A stretch of DNA of 64,000 nucleotides. Origin: Octopus sinensis. Taxonomy: Eukaryota. Position numbers and translations under genes: made by a program. The stretch is taken from the NCBI RefSeq assembly GCF_006345805.1, contig NC_042997.1, positions 148,304,001 through 148,368,000 of the forward strand, given 5' to 3'. The number at the start of each line of letters is the position of its first letter. The stretch's first letter is position 1. Below the pieces are notes generated by a model. That model had not been told where the DNA came from, ran no database searches, and saw only the letters and a list, made by a program, of their open reading frames with translations. Shown here piece by piece: positions 28,007-40,750 of this stretch.

Positions 28007-30180
28007 GTTACTTATGATATTCTGGTTACTTATGAAGTATTTTATATATCGTATTATGTGTAGTAATGTTGTTTTTCTTTTGAGTATTTATGTATGTGTG
28101 AATGTGTGTGTGTGTACGTATTTTAGTTGTATAATTTATTTATCTGTATGAGTGCGGGTGTGAAAATATTGTTGTATATATCGAGTTTAGTAAGTATGTA
28201 TATGTATATGTGAGGGGGTATACGTATATGTTGTGTGTGTGTGTTTTACGTATGTATATTTCTGTGTGAATGTGTATATGGGTTTGCTATATAGGTGTAA
28301 TTGTGTATGGTAGGGGGAGAGCGTATTGTTGTGTATGTCGGGTTTGGTACGTACATATATGGGTATGTGGGGGGTGTACGTATGTGTTGTGTGTGTGTGT
28401 TTTGCGTATGTGTGTTTGTGTGTGGATGTATATATGGAGATTGCTATGTGGGTGTAATTGTGTATGGTGGGGGGAGTTTTGTCATTGTATGTGTGTGGGT
28501 TTCATTTGTCATGGTGGTTTGTTGGTGATTTGTGGTAGGTTCTGTATATTTGGGTTGATTATGTATTGTTCTTGTGTGTGCAATTGTATACATGCATGAT
28601 TGGTGTGCGTGGGATTGCGCCCATTTTTGGGGATGTATGTGTTTATTTGTCTGTGTGGGGTGGGAGTAGGTTTTTGGTGTATATATTGAGGTTTATACGT
28701 ATGTATAGGTATGTGTGAGTGAGGTGGGTATTTGTATATGTCGTGGGTGTGTGGTTTACGTGTGTGTATTTGTGTGTGAATGTATAGGTTAGGGGGATTG
28801 CTATATAGGTATGTTATAGAGTTTAGTAAAGGGAGGTTTTATCATTATATGTATTTATGAGTTTTAGTTTATCATGGTAGTTTTATTAAAGAATTCGTAG
28901 TAATTTATGTCTATTTACGATGTTTGTTATTTTATTACATTATTCCATTCATAATTTTTAAGTAATGTTCGTTTACCACGTGAATATAATTTTTAATTCC
29001 ATTTATTCCATTTCTCCATTCATAATTTTAAATGATGTTCGTTTCCAGAGCGGGAATACTTTTTATACATATGTTAGGTTCCTATGGTAAAGTAATTTTG
29101 TTTGACGTTTTTAACGGCTAGAGTTTAATTTCACTTCATAATTTGAAACTGACTTGAAAGTATGTATATTTTTTCTCATTATGTTAATCTTGTTACTTTT
29201 GATATTCTGGTTACTTATGAAGTATTTTATATATCGTATTATGTGTAGTAATGTTGTTTTTCTTTTGAGTGTTTATGTATGTGTGAATGTGTGTGTGTGT
29301 GCGTATTTTAGTTGTGTAATTTATTTATCTGTATGAGTGTGAAAATATTGTTGTATATATCGAGTTTAGTAGGTATGTATATGTATATGTGAGGGGGTAT
29401 ACGTATATGTTTTGTGTGTGTGTTTTACGTATGTATATTTGTGTGTGAATGTGTATATGGGATTACTATATAGGTGTAATTGTGTATGGTAGGGGGAGTT
29501 TTATCATTATATGTATGTGGGTTTCATTTATCATGATGGTTTATTGGTGTTTTGTAGTAGATTCTGTATATTTAAGTTGATTATATATTATTCCTTTCAT
29601 AATTTAAAAAAAAAAAACGTTCGATCACCACGTGCAAAGAATTGTTTATTTTGCTTTTGAGTGTTTATGTATGTGTGAATGGGTGTGTGTGTGTGTGGGA
29701 TTATTTGCGTAATTTATTTATCTGTATAGATGTGGGTGTGAATATATTGGTGTATATATCGAGTTCTGTATGTTTGTATATGTATGTGTGAGCGGGTATA
29801 CGTATATTGTTTATGAATGTGGGTTGTATGTGCGTGTCAGGGAGTATGAATAAGTATTGTGTTGAAGTATTTGGCTATTTTATTTATTTATCGTTGCCTA
29901 GACGTTTTTATGTGTATGTATAGGGATATATATATAGGTGTGTGAGTTAGTGTATGTATTTAGATATGGTTATATATAATTAGTTATATGTGTATGGGTG
30001 TATATATAGTTTATTTTTATTTTGTTTTATATTTAATTGTTGATAGGTTTATTTTAGTTTATATATTGATTATATATGGATTATATATAGGTTATATATA
30101 GATTATATATTTATATTTTTTCATTGATACTTTAATTATTTTAAAATTACTATTTTTTATACTTATATTTTAAAATATTG
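28007..30180 (+). repeat. Complex G/T-rich, C-poor multi-copy array (at least five related segments), probably the 3' region of a Penelope-like or other retro-derived element
   Basis: 28010-28318 is nearly identical to 29200-29498; further copies at 28324-28571, 28670-28880 and 29655-29800; followed by a hammerhead at 30199. Confidence 0.75.
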
Positions 30181-30198
30181 ATATTTTAGATCGGAAAT

Positions 30199-30241
30199 CC
30201 ACCTGAAGATTGTCGATCAAGACATGAAACAATTGTAGTGG
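30199..30241 (+). ncRNA. Minimal type-I hammerhead ribozyme motif (Penelope-type)
   Basis: ccac-CTGAAGA-t-tgtc-gatcaa-gaca-t-GAAA-CAATTG-TA-gtgg: intact core, stem I ccac/gtgg, stem II tgtc/gaca, palindromic stem III ACAATTGT, GUA cleavage triplet at 30235-30237. Confidence 0.75.
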
Positions 30242-30332
30242 CGGTTTTTTTACTTTTTATTAAAATTTTATGTATTGATTAAGTCTTTCCTTGTTTGTTT
30301 TGCAAAATAGTGGTTTTGTCTCTAATTAATAT

Positions 30333-30400
<68 letters not shown>

Positions 30401-30406
<6 letters not shown>

Positions 30407-30530
30407 TTTATTAATAAAGTTGCAAAGACATCACAAAAGCAGTTACTCGGAGTTTCACGTTCCCGTTCGTTGGACGGAATATGAAACTCGAAGTAGCAGT
30501 TTTTGTGATCTTTGCAGCTTTATTAAGAAA
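30401..30530. mobile_element. Small inverted duplication of a terminal-repeat end, with a decayed hammerhead-like motif on the minus strand
   Basis: ttaataaagttgcaaagacatcacaaaagc versus gcagtttttgtgatctttgcagctttattaa; minus strand ccAACGA-acgggaacgt-GAAA-ctccgaGTA-actgc. Confidence 0.5.
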
Positions 30531-30600
30531 ACCTATACTCTACCTCCGGTATTCGAGTACTATTTTTTCCACCTTGCTTCACATTTATTTGCTTACACTC

Positions 30601-30646
<46 letters not shown>

Positions 30647-31415
30647 AAGAAGATATAGATTGCGGGAACATAGTATGTAACTTCACGGTGTTTAGATCGG
30701 ATCTTAGCAGATATGAGTAACTAAGAGTATAATAACAAATTTTTGTGTCCCGGAGTGGAAATAAAATGCGTATCTCTACTGAACATTTGACAATCATCAA
30801 ATAAGACAAGAAAAACCAGTAAAGAATCGTTTCGATATAGCACGTTTGAATTAACAGAATACTTTTGGTAACATATCATTTGACTAAGTTAACAAAACAT
30901 TACAATGATCACAAATTTTGTAATCACCGGTGGTTATTATTGAACGCTTATCCCAAAATTGTTGCCTTAATTCAATCCACACAAGTGATAAACATATCAA
31001 TTTTGACAGCATCCATTCTTAAAGAGGTATCCCGCAAGGCGATAACTTCACGATACTGCTCATTGGCAACTCATTAAACTTGTTATCAATGTCACCTCAT
31101 TAAACTCGTTATCACAAAATACAGTGATTATAATACGTATTAACTGAATCTGGAAACGCCTAAGATCTTTGCTTTATAGGCAATCAACATTTGTATGCAT
31201 CTAATTACATCTAAAGGCAACTGTTTATTATTAGGCAACAGTTCATTGATAGTAGAAATATTTTGTCCGAATGTGCATATATGGTAGAAAAACACAGGAA
31301 AGTATGAAAATACCCTCCCAAAATCAAAGTTGTGCATTCGGGTGACAAAATAAAATTGTTATAAAAGTAGCCTCATCTTTTCAACAAAATAAGCACACGA
31401 ATATACTTGTCTGTT

Positions 31416-31694
31416 TACTCTTTTACTCTTTTATTTGTTTTAGTCATTTGATTGTGGCCAATGCTGGAGCACCGCCTTTTTTAGTCAAGCAGATCAACCC
31501 CATGACTTATACTTTGGAAGCCTAGTACTTATTCTATCGGTCCCTTTTGCCGAACCGCTAATTTACGGGGACTTAAACAAACTATCAACGGTTGTCAAGC
31601 GACGTTGGGGGGACAACACAGACACACAAACATGCACACACACACACAAACATGCACACACACACACAAACATGCACACACACACACAAACATG

Positions 31695-31729
<35 letters not shown>

Positions 31730-31905
31730 CTATATATATACTAGCTTCTTTCAGTTTCCCTCTATCAAATCCACTCACAATGATTTAGTCTGCCCGAGGC
31801 TATAGTAGAAGACACCTGCCGAAGGTGCCACGCAGTGGGACTGAACCCGGAACCATGTGGTTGGTATGGAAGCTACTTACCACACAGCCTCTCCTCCACC
31901 TATGT
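31416..31905 (-). mobile_element. Full-length octopus-type SINE with internal minisatellite
   Basis: Reverse complement of the 57527-57931 family: ggttccgggttcagtcccactgcgtggcaccttcggcagg...ggcggtgctccagcattggcc...aaacaaataaaagagtaaaagagta. Confidence 0.92.
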
Positions 31906-31994
31906 TTGTTTATAAAACTAGTCCATTACAGCTACAATTAGCCTCTCATGATTTTGACGCTCGTCCACTTAAATCGCTACATACTCTTATGTTT

Positions 31995-32220
31995 CAGTGT
32001 TCGACTCATGATACATAAAATTGCGGCTTCGATTACTGGATCGTGCGACGCGTTATGTACTTGAGCAAGACACTTCATTTCACGTAGTTCCAGTCCACTC
32101 AGCTGGCAAATATGAGTAATCCTGCGACGTACCGGCGTCCCGTCTAGGTGGGGAATATATACTCCATGGAAACTGGAAATCCGGCTATATGAGTCTACAT
32201 GGCCCGGGAAGGAACTTTAC
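31995..32220 (+). mobile_element. tRNA-derived SINE, degenerate, head-to-head with the previous SINE
   Basis: ggcttcgattactgg B-box-like; cttgagcaagacacttcatttcacgtagttccagtccactcagctggc central domain. Confidence 0.75.
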
Positions 32221-32824
32221 TACTACTATTTACATCTTTACACTCAATTTTTATGTCTACACTTTATTTCGATGGATATACATACATACACATACATTAA
32301 TATGTACATGTGTGTATGAATGTGTGTGTGTATATATATATACATACATGCACACGTACTCTCTCTAACTCTATCCGTATCTGCCTGTCTGTTTGTCTGT
32401 CTGTCTCTCCCTCTGTCTCACACTCACACAAATACACATATAAAATCTTGGTAGAATTTGAACGACGAAATGCCAGAATGCCATTAAGAATTTTACCCGG
32501 CATGCTGCCGGTTCTGCCACCTTATTGCTTTCGCTCCTTTATTAACCACTCATAGAAAATGCATAAAATTCTTTCATCATCATTCACTATCAGAAAACCT
32601 AGATCGTGTTTATACCACTTTCCCGTCACTTACAGTCTTCAAAATTGGATAACATGCAAGGAAGTCTTTTACTGAGGCGTTTATACACTTTTTGTGTTAA
32701 ACTTTTGCGCTCTCATTTGAAAACCTTCTGCATTTGCTTGCTGAGATTTATCGGTTTTGTTCTTTAGTGGCCATATAGGCCTCAACTTATCAGTCTCATC
32801 AAATTGTTATTATAATTTCAATCA

Positions 32825-32995
32825 TTCTTCTTCTTCTTCTTCTTCTTCTTCTTCTTCTTCTTCTTCTTCTTCTTCTTCTTCTTCTTCTTCTTCTTCTTCT
32901 TCTTCTTCTTCTCCTGAACCCCCTCCCCCTCCTCCTCTTCCTCCTCCCCTCCTCCTCCTTCTTCTTCTTCTCCTCCTCCTCCTCCTCCTTCTTCC
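32825..32995. repeat. (TTC)n followed by (CCT)n triplet repeats
   Basis: Directly visible; source of the poly-S/R/K ORFs. Confidence 0.95.
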
Positions 32996-32999
32996 AGCT

Positions 33000-34385
33000 C
33001 ATATGCATCCCGCTCTTGAGAAGCATTCCTTTCGAATTCAGATGCGAGGAAGCTATGTCGGGGTACGTGAATGACATCTGGGTAGCGGTGCCAGGCATCA
33101 TTGATGTTCAATGAGTCAATATCCTTTTAAAGGAATACGCGGGAATTGGAGGAGTTTAACATAAATCCAAACAAGTCGATAGGCTTGCAGTTCGGCAATA
33201 ATAGAGCCTATGCCAACGAACAGCATAGTATTTTGATGGACTCATGGATCAGTGAAACTGCTCAGGTTCTGGGTTGTTCCAGACGTCCAGATGGACAACA
33301 ACTGGAAGGAAGTTACAAGCTGAGACCCCAGTCTTACTCACAAATTGGCTGAAAGGAAATCATCATTGAAATGTCGAGTAGCGGTGGTGAATGCTTAGTC
33401 TGTCTCTCTAATAACTTATCGCCTGACCGTTGTCCGTTGATCTAGTTCACGTTTGCCCAGGCTAGTAGGTTTACTTTTTCACTACCTGTGGAAAGGACGC
33501 ATTCCATTGGTCAAGTGTTTCATCTGCTACCTCTAGTAAAGCGTAGACAGGCATTGCGGCTAACCCACTTAGATATTTTTCTAGAACTGGTGAACTGGTG
33601 TTGTCTCCTTTTGTTAGACACGACTTTCCACAGATCATCTCGTTGAAGCAGCTAAAACCCTGGACCAAGAGCAGACCAAAATTAGGCGCTTGGCATATGA
33701 TATTTTGTTTGGTGTTCATTCACATCTACAGGCTGGAAAATACGATCGATGGAATTTCTACTTTAGAAATATACAGAAATATAGTAGTGGGTAAGAGGGA
33801 TGACAAACTCGGGGAAACTCAAAGCATTGATGAAGTTAATTTAGTTGGTTTGCATTAGAGGACTTTCGGGCCCGCTACTACTATAGGCAGTTTCCAGAAA
33901 TCCTTGGTATTGCAGTGCTACCAAGAGCACTACTAGTGAAAGATGAATTATTTAATCACGGAAGAGCTGCCAGGCGAAACTATCCGAAATGCGCGCAGAG
34001 CAACGAAACCGCTCTGCATGCACACTTGCAGTATCCGAACAGCTATTATTGCGACTACCGACCGAATTCATCATCAGGGTTGTTCCACCACGTACCTTTA
34101 TATAGGCTGAGCAGGCGATGTTCTGTCTTGTGGCTATGACGAAAATGGTTGTGTGGTGCACGAACCGGAAATGATTGATGTAAGCGCCACTTATCGACCT
34201 TTGAAGTTCCTGGCAAATTTGTGAAAAGGTAAAAGAGTGTGGTTGACATGTGCCTGTAGATTGGCGTGCAACATTTCGGCGAGGGTTAGTGCCTTTGTTG
34301 GTCATGGTAATCCTGAATCTCTGAGATTCTTTGATTGCCTCTAGCTGCAGAGTCTCCTGTACCAGTAGGGCTACATCATTCATAG
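33000..34385 (-). mobile_element. Degenerate non-LTR retrotransposon: APE endonuclease and linker relic
   Basis: DVALLVQET at the start (APE motif LQET), SYAKRLILVC (cf. NGKRLLDFC) and IDSLNINDAWH in the linker; many disruptions. Confidence 0.45.
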
Positions 34386-35050
34386 AATCACAAACTTTGT
34401 ATACAGTGTATAATTAAGCACATTCACCGTTTTCACCATTTGTTTCTCGCCTTCTTTTATGTAAACCTCCACACAAATTGCTTACAGTCCTTATGATGTC
34501 CCCACTCATGTGTGTGTTAATAAAAGAAATCATGTGTGGTTGATAAAAGAAATCATAATGATCATCATGATCAACTTCATCATGGATATTGTGGTTTTGA
34601 TAGCTATTTATTTTCTGTAATTAATGATATTATCATTATGAATATTATACATAGCCAAAACGATAACAAAATAGCAAGACATAAAACAGTTAGCAAGAAT
34701 ATTAGCAATAATAATAATGAAGATAATAATAACAGCAATGAAAAAACAACAACAAACAAAAATAATAATAAACATTTAACTTTTTGCATAGACGAAGAGT
34801 GCACTTGCAAGTGCAACTTATCAGGAATTTTACACGAAATTAGTGAGTTTGATATGAAGTAGGTAACTCAGCTGATGGTGTATAGATTGATGTATAAATA
34901 TATATATATATATATATAAATGGAGTTGCATAATAGTGGTTTTATCTCTAATTCATATTTTATATATATATACATACCAGATACGTAACCATAGGCAGCG
35001 ACAAATTACACACACATACATATATACACACACAAATACTAATTATACAT

Positions 35051-35111
<61 letters not shown>

Positions 35112-35189
35112 ATATATATATAAGTAATATGTATATACGTATCGTCTATAAACACATACATATATATATATACATATATATGTACACAC

Positions 35190-35238
<49 letters not shown>

Positions 35239-36698
35239 TACATACATCGTAATATGTTTAGCTGCCATTCTGTATATATTTGTATACAGATGCAAATAGA
35301 AACATACATGTTTATGTACATATACGTATATATAAATATATCTATACATATATCACAAATTATACGTAGTATGTATATGTGTGTACGGCTAGGAAGTGTG
35401 TTTATTGCTTCGTATACACGGTTAGTTCATGTCATGTTTCGTTTAATGTTCTTATCAAACAGCCTGAAATATGAAAACATGTAACAATACTGTTTCTTTC
35501 TGATCTCCATAGTTTTATTGTTCCTGTCATTTTCCATCAATTTCAAATACTTAAATAGTTTGCTACAAAGTTAATTTGCCTCCTATAAGCAAATAAATTG
35601 CTTTTGAAAGATGAAAAGTATAGAAATAAAATGTTTATATTATTTCCTTCGCAATTATCTGTATTTGAATAATTTTTTTCTCTCATTCTTGTTTCAATAA
35701 GAATAACTAGTTCAAAATATGAAATAACAAATATATTTCAATTGTGTATTTTAGAACACGTTTAGTTTTTTAAGTTGCATGAAATAAATGTTATCGAATA
35801 ATTTTAGAATTCAATGTTTGAATATATGTAATTCATGCTTAATATAATGTATATTTACTTTTATTTAAATAGGCATCGAATGATTTCATTCAGAATTATT
35901 TTATTGTTCTTGATCACATGCAATGCCGTATGTTGTATGTGTAGAGACGATATATTTGTTACAATCAAAGATGACTTTAATCAAGGTATATTTTGTAACT
36001 AATACTTTGACATTTATTCCCTATATTCCAGCTATCTTTATTCTTTACAAATCTTGCGTTTGATTCTGTTTGCAAACCTTTATCTGCTTCCAGTTTATCT
36101 ATACCTTTCTCTCGTATTTATTGCTATTATTATGCCTATACATTTATATGATTACGGAAGCAGAGAACATTCCCTTACGAAAAGAGATAATGATATTGTC
36201 AAACATTATTCCTTTATCCGAAATTTATATCCACTTATAAATTTAGTATAATGAAAGAAAAAAAAGGAAATCAGCCTGTTTTTGTTTATATTTGAGTGCA
36301 TTCTTCATCACATAAGATGTCCTTGATTTAATGTTTTCCTTTCATTTAACGAAAATTTATTACATATATCATAATTGCTGTGTGTTAATTATATTTGAAA
36401 ATATTTGTTCCTTCCTCAGTAGCAAATCAAGTCTAGCACAATTATTAGATACTTTTTTTCGTAAAAGCTACTTTAGGTACTCAGATGCTGGTAGGTGTTA
36501 TTTAAAACTAGTTACACATTTTAAATAAATATGTTTAGGAAATTATTGACCTCATATGAATGAGTGTAATAAGAAAATGAAACATCAAATACGGTGCATT
36601 GTTACTTTCAATAATGTTTGATGTAAACGTATATATTAATTCCAATTTCGCCACAAAGAATTCTGTTCTCTTACAAGATCACTATAATTATATAATTA

Positions 36699-36850
36699 AA
36701 TGGACAGGCTGACAGAAACTTTAGAGAGTTGGACAAAAATTTTAGCTACATTTCTTCCGTTCTTTTACATTCTGAGTTCAAAAGCCGCCTACGTAGTCTA
36801 TGGCTTTCATCTTTTCTGGTGCGATATAAATAAGCACCAGCCAGATACCC
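36699..36850 (+). mobile_element. tRNA-derived SINE, degenerate
   Basis: ggctgacagaaactttagagagttggacaaaa...ttctgagttcaaaagccgcc...ggctttcatcttttctgg; the 106-aa ORF here is SINE-derived. Confidence 0.75.
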
Positions 36851-37949
36851 CTCTGCACACAGACTGTGAGTTTATAGTTGAAAAGATTACTATTACAATG
36901 GCTTTTAAGTTTACCGTAAGTGTTTTTCTATCCATACAATACTTTGTACATATTTACTGTTTACTATTTCAAACAACAGTTCTGCCGTTAAGTATGAATG
37001 AAGCAATTATAACTCATTAACCTTATCAAATATAAGGCAAACGTATAAGTCCGAAAATTGAATGCAGTTTAAACCTGTGATATATGAAGAATTTAATGAT
37101 TTCAGTAAAGTGTAATATATATTGCCTCAGTCAATCCAGAGAATAGTAAGATAATCCAATTCTTCTGAATATTTTCTTAGAACAAGAATGAATTCAGCAT
37201 ACCTATTAAGTTGGACATATGAATAATAACAGTATTCAAACTAGTTGCAGAATCTGCTTTGAGAGTTTTTTCTTTGATAATTAGAGGAATCTATTTGAAG
37301 GCCTTACAGAAATACGATGATGTACCTAGTTACCTAGATTGTTCTTCACAATTTCTTCTCAAGTTTATATGTATGTATTTGTCCGTTTGTAACCATACAT
37401 TTAACTTCTGTTCACCTGTCTCATTTTAGCCTTCTCTCTCTCTCTCTCTCTGTCATTACATTAAATTATCTTCTAGAATATGCCTGTGTGTATGTATGTA
37501 TATATGTATGTATGTATTTATATATGATATTACACTTTATATCAGCATTGTACTGACATTTTCGTCTGTAAAGATTTATCTATAAGTATGTATGTGTATC
37601 TCCATTTCTGTCAGCACATGCATATGTAACGAATATGTGTAGACATATTCCTATGTTTGACTGTGTGTGTATCTAAGGATATATATTCATACATATATAA
37701 TATACAATATAATATAAATGTGTGCGTATATGTATCTATAATATGTATACATATATATATGTGTGTGTTTGCGTGTGTGTGTGTGTGTTTGTGCGTGCGT
37801 GAGTATGGGTGTGTTGATTCATTACATATATTTGTATGTGACTGTTTAATTAAATGTTAATAAGAATACACTGCTTATACATACGTCTACATAGTCTCTT
37901 TTTTGTGTGTGAACAAGTGTATGTAAATGATTCTATATGATAGAAAGAC

Positions 37950-39400
37950 TATGGATCTGCGCCTTGGATTGGTATTGCAGCATCGCTTCTGACTGACAAG
38001 GCCAATGCGTGAGTGACAATTACGGCTGCAGCATTCGCAAATATGGTTGGTCTTTTGTTGATGGTTCGGTCTTCCTGCGTCTCGAGCTGTCTTCTACCGC
38101 CTGACGTATGTGATATTCTCCTTCCATCAGGGCGGTAGTCAGTGTCTGTCTCCAGGAGGAACAGTCTTTTGCTATGTTCTCCCAGGTTTTGGTATTCATA
38201 CTCATGGCCTTCTATTGGCTGATTGTTAAGATGAAGGCAATAGCTGGCCCGGTTCAGATTGCTCATCATTGTTTGAAGTTGCAGTTCTGAATGAGCTACT
38301 AGAGCCACGTCGTCAGCAAACAGCATCTCCCTGACGTAAACCCTGCGGATTTTGGTCTTTGCATTGAGCCATGATAGATTGAATAGTTTACCATCCGACC
38401 TTGTGTGGAGGCAAACGCCGTCGTTTTGCGTACCAAATGCATACTTCAGCATAACAGCAAAGTAGATGTTGAACAGGGTAGGTGCAAGCACGCATCCCTG
38501 TTTCATCCCACGTCGGACACCAAAGGGGTCTGATGTGTTTCCTTTGAATTGTACTTTGGACTTCATGTACAAATGGTAAGACTCAAGGATGCAGAGCAGT
38601 CGGGGAGGGCACCCAATCTTCCTAAGAATTTGGAACAGCCCATCCCTACTGATCGTGTTGAACGCCTTCATCAACGAATGCAATGTAGAGAGGTTTGTTC
38701 TGTTCCCTGCACTTCTCTTGTAACTGCCTCAGGGGGAAAATCAGATACATCAGGGATCGTCCGGATCTGAAACCACTTTGAGACTCTGAGTACATCCTTT
38801 TGGGAAGTTTCCGAACTCGCCGAGAACCACGCAAGGAAATGCCTTCCCGACAAACTCTAACCCTACAACTGTCTCAGCGACTATTTCCTTTATTTTTACA
38901 CAACGTGACAATGTTACGGTCTTCCATATCACTAGATATCTCCCCTTCCACACAGGATATGGTGGAGCTGGTGTAGGATGTCGTCTTTCGAAAACTTGAT
39001 AACTTCAGCTGGTATCCCATCTAATCCCGGCGCTTTTTCTAATTCCTCTACGGTTGGGGTTATATCCAGTTCGTCCATGACCGGCAAACTTCCTAAGTTG
39101 TTCAGTGCTATTTCCGAAGTAGAGCTATTCTGGGACTAAAAATCGTAATAATGCCCCACCCATCTCTCCATTTACTTCAATTGCTCTGTGATGGTCTCTC
39201 CAGCTTTGGTTTACCCCATGTCTGATGTCAAAGGGTTCTGGGATATTTCCTTTGAATTGTACCTTGGACTTCATGTACAAATGGAAAGACTCAAGGATGC
39301 GGAGCAGTCGAAGAAGACATCCAATTTTCCCAAGAACTTGGAACAACCCATCCCTACTCACCATATCGAACACCTTCATAAACGAATGCAACATAAATTT
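37950..39400 (-). mobile_element. RTE-clade LINE (BovB-like) RT relic with internal deletions and an extra RT segment
   Basis: KAPGLDGIPAEVIK, ESQSGFRSGRS, LRQLQEKCREQNKPLYIAFVD, KAFNTISRDGLF, GMKQGCVLAPTLFNIYF, REMLFADDVALVAHS, then MNTKTWENIAKDCSSWRQ. Confidence 0.95.
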
Positions 39401-39600
39401 GAGTATGCAGCAAACAAAACGAAACCACACCCAGATCTATCTCGCTAGGGTTATTTGTAACTAGGCAACATCAGTGTCATTCTACACATTCTATTTACCA
39501 CTAACATATTTGATTCTGAATATATGCATCTCGTAGCCTGTATGTTTTTTGCCTTATTCATTGTAGAAGATCGTTCGCCACACATACACACACAAACACA

Positions 39601-39647
<47 letters not shown>

Positions 39648-39655
39648 GTATATAC

Positions 39656-39692
<37 letters not shown>

Positions 39693-40399
39693 CAAATATA
39701 TATATATATATATTATGTGAAATAGAAAGATGAATAATCTTGTAGTAGATTAATCAAAAGTTTAACCGATACCTTAGTAGCAAAAATCACAGCAGTAAAC
39801 GATCAAACGCACACACGTACACAAAAAATGTTTTCTACCCCTACGCCAACACACACATATATAGAACAGTATACACACACACACGTCTCTAAGTAGATTT
39901 TTTCTCGCCCCTTATAAAACATCCAATATTCCTTAAATAGTCAGAACTTTATTCTCGGTCACAAAGAACATCTATACACCCTCACCCACATGATTGACCG
40001 ATGCCTGACCCGTTGAATTCTTCAGCCACCGGTTCTCAACATACACTGATAAACAGTTTCGCCATGGGCTCTTAGGAGCATAGTTCGATTTGTTTTTGCT
40101 CCGCCTCTGTTCTGTTTTTGTTTTTCCAACGGATTTCCTTTTTTCTTCCTGAAGAGAAAGACACAATATGGTCCCATTATTCAATCGGATTTTGGTAATT
40201 TGTGCCTTTCGAAACACGTGTAGAATGAAATAAAACGATTTCTGTTCAATCTGCGTTCAGCTCCATTTCTTCAATTCACCAATAATGTTATATATATATA
40301 TATATATATATATAAGTAGTTGAATGAATTATCCCAGTATGGATAATTCGGTTAACCGATACCCGGGTAGCAAATTTACGTCAGAAAGCACGGTTGAAG

Positions 40400-40510
40400 C
40401 TACATGCCAAGGGCAGAAATCACCCTTTATTCCTTCGGAATTAGGAATATGCAGTCTTCGAAACATATGTCGAGAATAAAGGAATTTTATTAAATCGCCG
40501 TTCGACTCCA
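40400..40510 (+). mobile_element. Decayed copy of the GAAACATATGTC hammerhead-bearing repeat
   Basis: ttcggaatt...atgcagtcttcGAAACATATGTCgagaataaagg aligns with 4575-4630 (minus); no intact CTGANGA. Confidence 0.45.
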
Positions 40511-40559
40511 TTCTTTCATTTATATATAAAGATATATATATATATATATATGGAGAGTT

Positions 40560-40750
40560 TGTGAAAAAAACAAAAGACGAAGACAGGTGGTGTACAAAAT
40601 AAACAGATGTATTAGTATGACGCTCAGGAATAGAAAAAGTATTTTATGTTTTGAGTCTACGCTCTTCTACAGAAAGGGACATAGAAAAAAACAAAGCGAG
40701 AAACAAGGAGAGAAAAAATGTGTGTAGTGGCTAACGATCTATCATGTCGA
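40560..40750 (-). mobile_element. Penelope-like terminal repeat with decayed hammerhead-like motif
   Basis: Near-identical layout to 49350-49530 (gaagacaggtggtgta...aaacagatgtattagt...gctcttctacagaaagg...gatctatcatg). Confidence 0.8.
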
